Below are positions 10,380-19,340 of a stretch of 64,000 nt of DNA, one piece after another. The position numbers and the translations under genes were made by a program. Source of the DNA: an uncultured Bacteroidota bacterium. Its GTDB lineage: Bacteria; CLD3; SB21. How positions within the stretch are numbered: the first letter of the stretch is position 1; every line of letters starts with the position of its first letter. The notes below the pieces were generated by a model. That model did no database searches, was not told the origin of the DNA, and saw only the letters and a list, made by a program, of their open reading frames with translations. The stretch lies in contig CAZJBS010000007.1 of assembly GCA_964544475.1 (NCBI GenBank), positions 43,741-107,740 on the forward strand. Direction: 5' to 3'.

Positions 10380-11654
10380 TTACGACGCCAGCTTGAGCTG
10401 GAGATGAACCGTGGTGCCTTTTTGCGGTTCGCTTTCAAGGCGAATCGACCCGCCGTGTTTTTCCATGATCTCCTTGCAGATAAACAAACCCAATCCGGTG
10501 CCTTTGCCGGCGCTTTTCGTCGTGAAGAACATTTTGAAAATTTTCTGAAGATGTTCCGGGCTGATGCCCGCGCCCGAATCCCGAATCACCAGACGGACAT
10601 CGCCCGGGCCGTCTCGTTCTTCGGCAATTTCGACGGTGCCCTTTCCTTCAATCGCCTCCAGCGCATTTTGCAGTACGTTGACCAGTACGTGCTCCAGCTG
10701 GCCACGATCGCCCTGCACAAACAGCGCCGGATTCTGAATGCGGTTGACGATGGATATCGACTTCTTTTTGTTAAGGGTTTCCACGAGGCTCACCGCATGC
10801 CGCACAATATCCGCAAGATTGATCCTGGCAAATTGTATGCTTTCGGTGCGCGCATAAAGCCGCACCTGGCTTACCAGTTCGAGCGTCTGGTTAAGATATT
10901 GCCTCATCATCGCCAGTTCCTTCTGGGTCATGTCGTCCGAATGCCGTTTTTGAAGAACGTCCATGATGCCGGAGATGACGCCCAGAGGATTGGCGATACC
11001 ATGAATCAGCATGCTCGACAGAAGTCCGAGCGTCGAGACTTTGTTGGAGACAACCACCTGATTCAGGTAGTTCTGCAGTTTGTCGTTGACGGCCTGCAAT
11101 TCACGGTTGGCGCGCATGAACATCTGGTTCTTCTTGGAAAGGGCGTCTGCAAAGCGGTACAGTTGCTCCGTTCGTTTCTGAACCAGTTTCTCCAGGCCGT
11201 CGCGGTATTCCTTGTTTTCCTTTTTCAGAAGATAAATATCATTGGCCCGATGGATGGCCATCTCCAGAATATCCGGATCGACGGGTTTGGTGATGTAATC
11301 CGCCGCGCCGGCCTTCATGGCTTCGATGACGGTCGCCATGTCCATCACGCCCGTCACCATGATCACCAGCGTCAAAGGATGCCGTTCTTTGATGCGACGG
11401 AGCGCATCCACACCGTTCATCTCGGGCATGCGAATGTCGCACAAGACGAGTTCGAATGGCCAGTCGTCCAGCCGGGCTTCAAATTGTCCGGCATCCTCGA
11501 GCGTCGTGGCGTGGTAGCCCATGTCGGTCGCAAGACTTGCGAGCATGGATCGTACGGACGATTCGTCGTCGATGATCAGGATATGTCGTATACCGGTTTC
11601 GGCGGGATTCGTGACGGGTTTGAATTGATCCGGAAAAAGCACATCGGTCATCAT
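10380..11654 (-). CDS. Hybrid histidine kinase: REC - HisKA - HATPase_c (no obvious sensing domain)
   Basis: The track ORF extends to 11747, probably from a non-ATG start. A likely start is ATG-ATG at 11654 (MMTDVLFP...), preceded by GGAG that overlaps the TAA stop of the upstream gene (GGAGTAAGGCCATGATG). Receiver signature ILIIDDESSVR...LVLCDIRMPEMNG is present. H-box reads ISGIMDVLQKRH (weak) and the ATPase motif is GKGTGLGLFICKEI. Its stop is 3 nt from the stop of the convergent gene ending at 10376. Confidence 0.8.
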   Translation of the reverse strand: MMTDVLFPDQFKPVTNPAETGIRHILIIDDESSVRSMLASLATDMGYHATTLEDAGQFEARLDDWPFELVLCDIRMPEMNGVDALRRIKERHPLTLVIMVTGVMDMATVIEAMKAGAADYITKPVDPDILEMAIHRANDIYLLKKENKEYRDGLEKLVQKRTEQLYRFADALSKKNQMFMRANRELQAVNDKLQNYLNQVVVSNKVSTLGLLSSMLIHGIANPLGVISGIMDVLQKRHSDDMTQKELAMMRQYLNQTLELVSQVRLYARTESIQFARINLADIVRHAVSLVETLNKKKSISIVNRIQNPALFVQGDRGQLEHVLVNVLQNALEAIEGKGTVEIAEERDGPGDVRLVIRDSGAGISPEHLQKIFKMFFTTKSAGKGTGLGLFICKEIMEKHGGSIRLESEPQKGTTVHLQLKLAS

Positions 11655-11658
11655 GGCC

Positions 11659-13107
11659 TTACTCCAATCCGAATTCTTTGATTTTTCCAAGGAGGCTTTT
11701 GTAATCCACATCCAACAGGCGGGAGACTTCGCTTTTGTTCCCGTCACACAACTCCAGCGCCCGGCGGATGGCTTCTTTTTCAGCTTCCTTGCGTATGTCT
11801 TTCAACGTCTGCAGGCCTGAGGCGGGCGCCGCGGACGTCACACCGGCCTTGAAGACCGATTGGGAATCAAAAATCAGATGTTCCTCGTTGATCTCGGCAT
11901 CCGCCATGAGCACGGCCCGGCGTATGACGTTTTTTAATTCACGTACGTTGCCCGGCCACTGGTAATGAATGAGTTGTTCGAGCGCACGCTTGTGGATATG
12001 GCCCACTTCTTTTTCGAGTTCCGCGTTGGCTTCCCGGATGAACCGGTTGGTGAGAAAAATGATATCTTCACGCCGGTTGCGAAGCGCGGGGAGATAGACG
12101 GTGAATTCATTGAGCCGGTAAAACAGGTCGAGCCGGAATTTCCCGCTCTTGATGGCGTCCTCAAGGGGAAGATTGGTCGCACACAGGACCCGGATATTGA
12201 TATCGATCGGGGTCGTGCCGCCGATGCGCATGATTTTGCGTTCCTGAAGCGCGCGCAGCAGCTTACCCTGGATTTCGATGGGAATGTTCGCGATTTCGTC
12301 GAGGAAGAGCGTACCGTCGTGGGCGGTTTCGAACAGACCGTCTTTTCGCCGGTCGGCGCCGGTGAATGCGCCCCGTTCGTATCCGAACAATTCGCTTTCG
12401 ATCAACGTGGAGGGAATCGCGCCGCAATCCACGGCCACAAAGGGTTTCGTCTTTCGCGGGCTCATTTCGTGAATGGCGCGCGCAATCACTTCCTTGCCGG
12501 TTCCGCTTTCACCCTGGATCAGCACGCTGAGGTTGGTGGCGGCCACTTTTTCGGCATTGGCCTGAACCTGCCGGATTTCTTCGCTCATCCCCATGATCTG
12601 GGCAAGATGGCTCCGGCTCTGGAGTTTGGAGCGCAGCGCCTGCACTTCCGAAACGAGGTTCTGATGTTGAATGGCCCTCTCGACCGTGATCTGCAATTCC
12701 TCTGCCGAACACGGTTTAAGAAGGTAATTGAACGCGCCGGATCGGACGGCTTCAACCACGTTGCGCGTGTCGCCGTGCGCCGTCAGCATGATGACCTCCA
12801 CCGCCGGCAGGTGTTTCTTGATTCGCTTCAGAATGGTCAGGCCGTCCATCTTGTCGGGAATGTTGAGATCCAGAAGTACGAGTTCCGGAAAATTTTCGGC
12901 CAATTCGTTGAAATCATCAAAAAAATCCTCTCCACAGGCGTACTCTTTGATGTCGTAGAGGTCGGCATCCAGGTATTGGCGGATGATGTAACGCATACCG
13001 CCTTCGTCGTCGATCACGGCGATCCGGCTTTTTTCCACTTCGCTGGCCATAGCGTTTGGCAGGTTGGGTATGGAAGGATGGAATTTGTAGGTAATATAGT
13101 CGGCCAT
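11659..13107 (-). CDS. Sigma54-dependent response regulator (NtrC/PilR-type enhancer-binding protein: REC + AAA+ sigma54-interaction + Fis-type HTH)
   Basis: Receiver domain (IAVIDDEGGMRY...VLLDLNIPDKMDG). Walker A GESGTGKE and the GAFTGA motif (ERGAFTGA) are present. A C-terminal HTH (EVSRLLDVDYKSLLGKIKEF) is present. Its position in a type IV pilus operon suggests a PilR-like role. An alternative start is ATG 13050 (MASEVEK...). Confidence 0.85.
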   Translation of the reverse strand: MADYITYKFHPSIPNLPNAMASEVEKSRIAVIDDEGGMRYIIRQYLDADLYDIKEYACGEDFFDDFNELAENFPELVLLDLNIPDKMDGLTILKRIKKHLPAVEVIMLTAHGDTRNVVEAVRSGAFNYLLKPCSAEELQITVERAIQHQNLVSEVQALRSKLQSRSHLAQIMGMSEEIRQVQANAEKVAATNLSVLIQGESGTGKEVIARAIHEMSPRKTKPFVAVDCGAIPSTLIESELFGYERGAFTGADRRKDGLFETAHDGTLFLDEIANIPIEIQGKLLRALQERKIMRIGGTTPIDINIRVLCATNLPLEDAIKSGKFRLDLFYRLNEFTVYLPALRNRREDIIFLTNRFIREANAELEKEVGHIHKRALEQLIHYQWPGNVRELKNVIRRAVLMADAEINEEHLIFDSQSVFKAGVTSAAPASGLQTLKDIRKEAEKEAIRRALELCDGNKSEVSRLLDVDYKSLLGKIKEFGLE

Positions 13108-13131
13108 GGCCCAAAATGCAAAGTTTAGAAG

Positions 13132-14178
13132 TCAGGTGGTGAACATCGTGGGATCGTGCGATTCACGCCGGGCGTCCGCCGTGGTGATCCAGCCTTTGCG
13201 GCAGGCCTCGATCAGGGATTGATCGAGCGTCTGCATATGATATTGCCCGCCGGTCTGAATGGCCGAATAGACCTGGTGGGTCTTGTTCTCCCGGATCAGG
13301 TGTCGTACGGCCGGCGTCGCGATGAGGATTTCATCGACGGCCACGCGCCCGTGACCGTCCGCCCGCTTCAACAGGCGCTGGGCGACGACGCCTTCGAGGG
13401 TATTGGCCAGCATGGTACGAATCTGCTGCTGTTGGTCCCCGGGAAACACGTCGATGATACGGTCGACGGTCTCGGCCGCACTTTTCGTATGCAGCGTGGC
13501 GAAGACCAGGTGACCGGTCTCCGCCGCCGTGATGGCCAGCGCAATCGTTTCCAAATCCCGCATTTCGCCCACGAGAATGACGTCCGGATCTTCGCGCAAG
13601 GCGCTTCGCAACGCATTGGCAAAGGATCGCGTATGGGCCTGCAATTCCCGTTGATTGATGAGACAGTTCTTCGGCGTGTGCGTGTACTCGATGGGGTCTT
13701 CAATTGTCAGAATATGATCGTGGCGCTCGGTATTGATCAGATCGACCATGCCGGCCAGCGTCGTGGATTTTCCGGAACCGGTCGGCCCCGTAACCACAAC
13801 GAGGCCTTTTTTCAGCCGGGCCAATTCATACAACCCCCCGGGCATATTCAACTCATCCAGCGAAAAAATCTTCATTGGAATCGTTCGAAACGCGGCGCCA
13901 ATGCCGCGCATTTGCTGAAACAGATTCACGCGAAATCGTGACAAACCCGGCATTTCATAGGCAAAATCCAGTTCGAGGGTCTTTTCAAACTGGTCCGTTT
14001 GTTCTTCGGTGAGCATCGCCAACAGCGCCTTGGACAACTGATGCGGATCGAGAGCGGCGGTTTCCAGCGCTTCGAGGTCGCCGTGCCGGCGCATGAGAGG
14101 CGTGTGGCCAGCCGTCAGGTGTACATCGGACGCGCCTTGCCGAATCGCCAGCGCCAAATATTCATCAATGGTTTTCAT
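13132..14178 (-). CDS. pilT: Type IV pilus retraction ATPase PilT
   Basis: 348 aa with Walker A GPTGSGKSTT. PilT/GspE-family Asp/His boxes and the motif ATLHT are present. The ATG overlaps the pilQ stop (ATGA). Confidence 0.9.
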   Translation of the reverse strand: MKTIDEYLALAIRQGASDVHLTAGHTPLMRRHGDLEALETAALDPHQLSKALLAMLTEEQTDQFEKTLELDFAYEMPGLSRFRVNLFQQMRGIGAAFRTIPMKIFSLDELNMPGGLYELARLKKGLVVVTGPTGSGKSTTLAGMVDLINTERHDHILTIEDPIEYTHTPKNCLINQRELQAHTRSFANALRSALREDPDVILVGEMRDLETIALAITAAETGHLVFATLHTKSAAETVDRIIDVFPGDQQQQIRTMLANTLEGVVAQRLLKRADGHGRVAVDEILIATPAVRHLIRENKTHQVYSAIQTGGQYHMQTLDQSLIEACRKGWITTADARRESHDPTMFTT

Positions 14179-15503
14179 AACGCGCCGGAACCTGTCCCTA
14201 TCAAACGCGGTGTGATAAAGATCAACAAATCGGTTTTCTTCTTTTCCTTGCCCGAGTTCGTGAACAATCTCCCCAGCAACGGGATATCGCCAAGCAACCA
14301 GACTTTTTCCTTGGTATCCACTTCGACCTCCTTCAAAAGTCCGCCGATAACGATCGACTCATCATGCCGCACGACGACCTGCGTCTTGGCGTATCGCTTG
14401 GAGATGATCGGCTGGCGGTTGTCGCCGGAACCGGTGTAGCCGATGATGTCCTCGATCGTCGGCTCGATCATCAGGCTGATCATCGAATCCGGATTGACGC
14501 GAGGCGTGACTCGGAGACTCACGTTCACATTTTTGTCCGTATAAGTGATGATATCGCCGGCCACGCTTCGGCTGATCGTCTGGATGGGGATGGTCGTGCC
14601 GACCGACAGTTCCGCTCTCTGGTTGTCCAGGGTCAGGATCTTCGGATTTGACAGCAATTTCGAATTCGTCTTGGTTTTCAGAAAATTCAGTGAAAACGTC
14701 AGACGATCGACCGAGAGCTTGCCCATGATGATATTCTGGAGTTTGTCTTCCAGCGGCGCCAGAGCCGTGAAATCCGTCTGGCTGTTGGGGTCGTCCGGAT
14801 TGCGGGCATCGAAGGTTTTGCCGGTGACCGCCGTCGGCAGGCCGACGCCGACTTTCTGATTGTTATCCAGCGTGGTCTCATACATGCGGACTTCGATCAT
14901 CAATTGATCCAACGGGCGATCCAGCATCTGCATAACCGAATCGATGACCGCCATCCGGAATGACGCGTCCGAAACCACCAGGAGGTTGGAACGTTTTTCT
15001 TCCGACGTCCCGTTGCGGGAGCGGCACATGGCTCCCATTTTGCCCCTCTTGGATAGGAAAGGCGACAGCGTTTCCTTGATATCCAGAGCGTCGGCGTACT
15101 TCAATTCGTAAACCCGTGTCGCCACCGTTGCGTTGCGTTCGGTTTCAATGGGTTTGACAAAAATGATGTCTCTTTCGATATAGTAGTCGTAGCCATTCGC
15201 TTTGAGGATGGTTTCCAGCGCCTCGTCAAGCGTGACGTCGTCAAAATGCACCGTGACCTTGCCCTTGACGTCGTGGCTGGCAACCAGATTGAGGTGATTT
15301 TGTTTGGACAAGAGGCGCAGTACGCCGAGGATATCGGCATCCCGGAAACTCATGGATAGTTTCGGCCGTGTGCTGTCCGCTTCCGCCACCTGGGCATGGC
15401 CGCCTTGAAACAAAGGCACAAGCAGGAGACCCATCCACACAACGACGGCCCATTCCATGGCCCGGACCGAACCGGCGGTTTCGCGGCATTTTCGCTTGTT
15501 CAT
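14175..15503 (-). CDS. pilQ: Type IV pilus secretin PilQ
   Basis: Signal peptide MEWAVVVWMGLLLVPLF. Secretin C-domain motifs VIGGLLKE...LLGDIPLLGRLF...LLIFITPRLI are present. The ATG overlaps the pilP stop (ATGA). Confidence 0.85.
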   Translation of the reverse strand: MNKRKCRETAGSVRAMEWAVVVWMGLLLVPLFQGGHAQVAEADSTRPKLSMSFRDADILGVLRLLSKQNHLNLVASHDVKGKVTVHFDDVTLDEALETILKANGYDYYIERDIIFVKPIETERNATVATRVYELKYADALDIKETLSPFLSKRGKMGAMCRSRNGTSEEKRSNLLVVSDASFRMAVIDSVMQMLDRPLDQLMIEVRMYETTLDNNQKVGVGLPTAVTGKTFDARNPDDPNSQTDFTALAPLEDKLQNIIMGKLSVDRLTFSLNFLKTKTNSKLLSNPKILTLDNQRAELSVGTTIPIQTISRSVAGDIITYTDKNVNVSLRVTPRVNPDSMISLMIEPTIEDIIGYTGSGDNRQPIISKRYAKTQVVVRHDESIVIGGLLKEVEVDTKEKVWLLGDIPLLGRLFTNSGKEKKKTDLLIFITPRLIGTGSGAL

Positions 15504-15991
15504 AAAGTCTCCTCGTCGGGCAATGACAATGTAAAAGTGAAATCATCTTTCTTGAGAACAACTTCGGTGGAACGGATCGCGACGACGCGGTAGCCGTGAA
15601 TCGACTCGCCGGTTGCCACAATCTGATCATTGATGAGGGCGTAGGCCTGACGGCCGTCGTGCGATACCGCCGTCAGTTCCAGATCGACGAGTCTGGGCAG
15701 CAGGATTTTTTGCAAAGCCTTGCCAATAAAATTTGCCGACGCGGCTTCGGGGTACTTTCGGAATGGATCCCGGCGCCAGCCTGCCACGGCTATGGTGGGC
15801 GGCGCGCCCGCCGTTTGGATTCCCGATTCCCGGACCGGAGCGGTCATTTCAGTGGTCACAGCAGCCGCCGATTCTTTCGCCGGAGCCACCGGCCTTGGCT
15901 TGGCGGTCACGCGATCATATACCGCATAGGCAGCGATGATGGCCAGGATGATCAGGAGCCGTTTTTGCGATTTGGACATCGGTTTTGACAT
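15500..15991 (-). CDS. pilP: PilP-like pilus assembly protein
   Basis: 163 aa with an N-terminal hydrophobic anchor (RLLIILAIIAAYAVY), a Pro/Ala-rich linker and a C-terminal beta domain. It lies between the PilO-like gene and pilQ. Confidence 0.6.
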   Translation of the reverse strand: MSKPMSKSQKRLLIILAIIAAYAVYDRVTAKPRPVAPAKESAAAVTTEMTAPVRESGIQTAGAPPTIAVAGWRRDPFRKYPEAASANFIGKALQKILLPRLVDLELTAVSHDGRQAYALINDQIVATGESIHGYRVVAIRSTEVVLKKDDFTFTLSLPDEETL

Positions 15992-16001
15992 GGCGTACCT
16001 G

Positions 16002-16556
16002 CTATCGTTTTGACGCCGGTTGCATTCGCACCCGGGCCAGGGTTTCTATGATCAGTTCTTCATCGGATGCTTCACGAACCATATTAAAATCCGTGAAACG
16101 GATGGTAAACGGCAGTTCGTCCAGATGTTCCAGCATCATGCCGAAATCCAGATAGCGTCCGCTGAAAGTCAATGAGAGCGGCAATTCAAAACTGGACGAG
16201 GACGTTCGCAGGCCGGCTATGAGAGAATCCGTCGAAAACGCCAGCTGCCCGATGCGCACGTGGTATTGAGCGGCCAGCTGGCTCAACGTTTTCATGGCCC
16301 GGGACAGGCTGTCCGGCTCAAGGATCCGTTTTCGCAATTCAACGACTCTCGTCTCCGCGTCACGGCATCGCATCAGGAGAGACGGGATATCGCGAACCCG
16401 GCTGATGGTTTCATTAATACGCGCATCGGTCTCAACCATCGAGGCCTGCAACTCGTTGACGTCGCGAAGGGCCGGCAACCATCCAAAAATCGTGTAGGCA
16501 GTTGCCGTCGATATCCCCATCGCAACCAGTATCCAGAATGTCAGGACGTTTTTCAT
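16002..16556 (-). CDS. pilO: PilO-like pilus assembly protein
   Basis: 184 aa with an N-terminal TM (LTFWILVAMGISTATAYTIFGWL) followed by coiled-coil. Its start overlaps the pilMN stop (ATGA). Confidence 0.65.
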   Translation of the reverse strand: MKNVLTFWILVAMGISTATAYTIFGWLPALRDVNELQASMVETDARINETISRVRDIPSLLMRCRDAETRVVELRKRILEPDSLSRAMKTLSQLAAQYHVRIGQLAFSTDSLIAGLRTSSSSFELPLSLTFSGRYLDFGMMLEHLDELPFTIRFTDFNMVREASDEELIIETLARVRMQPASKR

Positions 16557-18514
16557 GGCGTGTTCTTTTTTGGCGCAACAAGTTCAAAATAGGTCACATC
16601 GGCTTCCGGATCATGGCGTTTCTCCCGGAGCCGGATTTCCCCGAAAAAGGACGCTTTTTCGAGGGCATTGATGAAATTCAGTAAATGGACGTCGGCGAAA
16701 AACACGTCCAGATAAACGGCCCCTCGTACACGGAAGGCCATGGAGTCGCCGCTCGTGGCCGTCACCATGCCGTTGTTCTTCATGCGGGCCTGGCTTTCCA
16801 GACGCCGCCGTTCGATCTCGTTGAAGGACTGCCCCCAACTCACCCGGTCGATCACAATTTCTTTTGGCGTGACGGCGCTCAATATTCGCATGACGGACGC
16901 CATGGTCGAATCCGGCTGTGTTTCTTTCCTGAGGACACTCTCAGCGGCCTGCCATCGCCTGTATTGACGGTTGAGATCCTCATAAACCTGGCGGCGTTCG
17001 TTCATCGCATCCAACGAGGCGCTCATCCGGTCGCGAATTCCCTCCACGTCCAGTTTTCGGCGTTGCAGCAAAAAAGCCGTCGTGCCGATGGTGATGAGAA
17101 GCACCAGAAGGCCGGTGACCGCCCTGGATACCGTGCGTCGATATCGCCATTCCGTCTTCAGGTTTTCAGGGAGAAAACTGAAATCTGAAGAGCGGGATAG
17201 CGCCGAGCCGATGGTGTCCGCCATGGATGTATCCATCGCACGTCCTGACTTGTCGTCCGGACCGGCCATCGTGAGGAATTCCATCTTATGACCGATTTCC
17301 GTTTCCAAATACTGGCGGAGGCCCTTCAAACGACGGCCATTTCCGGTCAACCAGATCCGGTCGAATTGGTCTGCCTTGAATTGCTCCCTGTAGTAATCCA
17401 TCGACAGCCGGATTTCCGACAATAGCTTTTCGGCCACCGGACGCATCATTACACCGACTTCCGCATAAGGTATGTCGTGCGGCGTTTTCTCTTCGGATGA
17501 TTCGGGGGCCAGACCGACTTCCCTTTTGACAGACTCGGCCTCGCTTTCGCTCAGTGTGTGGGAGGACTGACCCACAAAAATCGTCTGCGTCAGCGCCTTC
17601 GTGAAGTGACGCCCGCCGGTCGGAATTTCGCGGGCGAACTGCAGAGACCCGTTGCCGTAGAACGTCACATGCGTACTATCCAGTCCGATATCCACCACAC
17701 ACCGGACACCTCCGGTTTCAGGCAGCAGCCGCACGAGATTCCATTGCGCCACCGGTCGGATGATCAACTTTGCGGCCAGGATCCCGGCCCGGTCAAGTAT
17801 GGCGAGATGACGTTTGATCGACTCTTCCTTGACGGCGACGACCATGACATGGAATTCATTGTCGGCTTTATCTTCATCCAGGATGACATAGTGTAACACC
17901 GTAGGAGCGTCGTTGAAAAAATGAAGTTCCTTTTTGTTTTTCCACAGAAGGGCGTCGTGAATCTCTTTTTTTGACACTTTCGGTATCCGCAGGAGACGGA
18001 TATTCATGTCGTGACCGGGCAAAATCGACGACACCGGCGCCGGGCCCGCTTTCAGGCGGCGCATAATCTGCTTCAGCCGTTGCGACACCATCAGGACATC
18101 CTCGGCCGCTCCCGGCTCCAACGGTTCTTCAATGGTGGCCATCACGTCCTGTCGCCGGCCCCACCGCCGGACTTTGGCGGCACGTATCGCGCTATTGGTG
18201 ATTTCCAATCCCACCGTCGTGCGGGCAGCCATCCGCTGCCACCACGCCAATCCACCCGCGGGCGCGAGATCCGTTTCCGGACAGTCGGCATCCAATGGAT
18301 TGGAAATCATCGGTCTCTCTTCAACCGGAGCCCGTTTCAGTTCCTGCTCATGAGCGGCAAGAAATTCTTCCACGGTTCGGTCGGATCCGTTGGATCGGTC
18401 CTGCGATTCCTTTTCCGTTTCCTCGGAGATCCCGCCCGACACGATGGCCTTCATCAATAACATGCTGGCCGGGTTGGCGGCCTCCGCGGTTTGGTTTCGT
18501 CGATCGTCAAACAT
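16553..18514 (-). CDS. pilMN: Fused PilM-PilN (actin-like ATPase fused to TM/coiled-coil PilN), with a possible ~95-aa N-terminal extension
   Basis: The PilM-like core begins MAARTTVGLEITNSAIRAAKV and contains VVDIGLDSTHVTFY. The PilN-like part (TEWRYRRTVSRAVTGLLVLLITIGTTAFLLQRRKL + coiled coil) is in the same ORF with no intervening stop. The ATG at 18514 overlaps the last codons of the ExeA-like gene (ATGTTTGA). An alternative internal start is 18232. Confidence 0.75.
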   Translation of the reverse strand: MFDDRRNQTAEAANPASMLLMKAIVSGGISEETEKESQDRSNGSDRTVEEFLAAHEQELKRAPVEERPMISNPLDADCPETDLAPAGGLAWWQRMAARTTVGLEITNSAIRAAKVRRWGRRQDVMATIEEPLEPGAAEDVLMVSQRLKQIMRRLKAGPAPVSSILPGHDMNIRLLRIPKVSKKEIHDALLWKNKKELHFFNDAPTVLHYVILDEDKADNEFHVMVVAVKEESIKRHLAILDRAGILAAKLIIRPVAQWNLVRLLPETGGVRCVVDIGLDSTHVTFYGNGSLQFAREIPTGGRHFTKALTQTIFVGQSSHTLSESEAESVKREVGLAPESSEEKTPHDIPYAEVGVMMRPVAEKLLSEIRLSMDYYREQFKADQFDRIWLTGNGRRLKGLRQYLETEIGHKMEFLTMAGPDDKSGRAMDTSMADTIGSALSRSSDFSFLPENLKTEWRYRRTVSRAVTGLLVLLITIGTTAFLLQRRKLDVEGIRDRMSASLDAMNERRQVYEDLNRQYRRWQAAESVLRKETQPDSTMASVMRILSAVTPKEIVIDRVSWGQSFNEIERRRLESQARMKNNGMVTATSGDSMAFRVRGAVYLDVFFADVHLLNFINALEKASFFGEIRLREKRHDPEADVTYFELVAPKKNTP

Positions 18515-19340
18515 AAGCCACCTCGCGCTGGCGGATGCTCCGCGTGACGACGTCTTCGTCGATCATATCGAGATGCTCGCCCAGACGGGTCATAAACGCC
18601 TCGTGGCAAAGGTGGATCGCCTTTCTCGGGAATCCATGACTGTATTCATACACCTGGTCGAGGGCTCTTTTTGTGAAAACACGGTGCAGCGGTTTGTCGC
18701 CCGTCCGTCGGAGACGGTGATCGATCAACCGTTCCAATTCGTCACGCGTGAAAGGTTCGAGCACAAGCGCCGACGCGATGCGATCCATGAAATTGGGCAT
18801 GGAACGGATGCGTTCGGTGAATTCGAGTTGGGCCAGTATGACGACCTGGATGAGTTTGGATGTGTTCGTCTCGAAATTCAGGAGGCCCCGAATGGCCTCC
18901 ATCATCGGCGGTGTCAGCTTCTGCCCTTCATCGATGATAAGGACCGGGACTTTTTTTTCATTAACGCCTTTGTAATACAGGTAACTCTGCAGGCTTTCTT
19001 TGATCTCCAATACGGAGGATGCGTTGTGTTTGATTTCAAAAAGCCTGGCCAGGTGACTCAGGAATTCCAGCTCGTTTTCAAACTGCGGGTCGAGAATCAG
19101 TCTGAACAGGTAATCGGGCTTATCGTGAAACAGCCTCATCAGGATGCGCCCGATGGTTGTCTTGCCCGTGCCCACGTCGCCCAGCACAAGGCTCAGACCC
19201 GACCTCAACCGGATCGCGCTTTCCAGAGACTGCAGGCAGGAGACGTGTTGTCGTGAGAAGTAAAACAATTTTGGATCCGGGGAAATCGAGAATGGATTTC
19301 GCTTCCGGCACATCGCAGCGGATTCGGGAAAACCGGTCAT
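18507..19340 (-). CDS. ExeA/GspA/MshM-like P-loop ATPase
   Basis: 277 aa with Walker A LVLGDVGTGKTT and Walker B VLIIDEGQ. The overall layout resembles secretion-associated ExeA/MshM ATPases. Its start overlaps the GGDEF gene stop. Confidence 0.75.
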   Translation of the reverse strand: MTGFPESAAMCRKRNPFSISPDPKLFYFSRQHVSCLQSLESAIRLRSGLSLVLGDVGTGKTTIGRILMRLFHDKPDYLFRLILDPQFENELEFLSHLARLFEIKHNASSVLEIKESLQSYLYYKGVNEKKVPVLIIDEGQKLTPPMMEAIRGLLNFETNTSKLIQVVILAQLEFTERIRSMPNFMDRIASALVLEPFTRDELERLIDHRLRRTGDKPLHRVFTKRALDQVYEYSHGFPRKAIHLCHEAFMTRLGEHLDMIDEDVVTRSIRQREVAYV

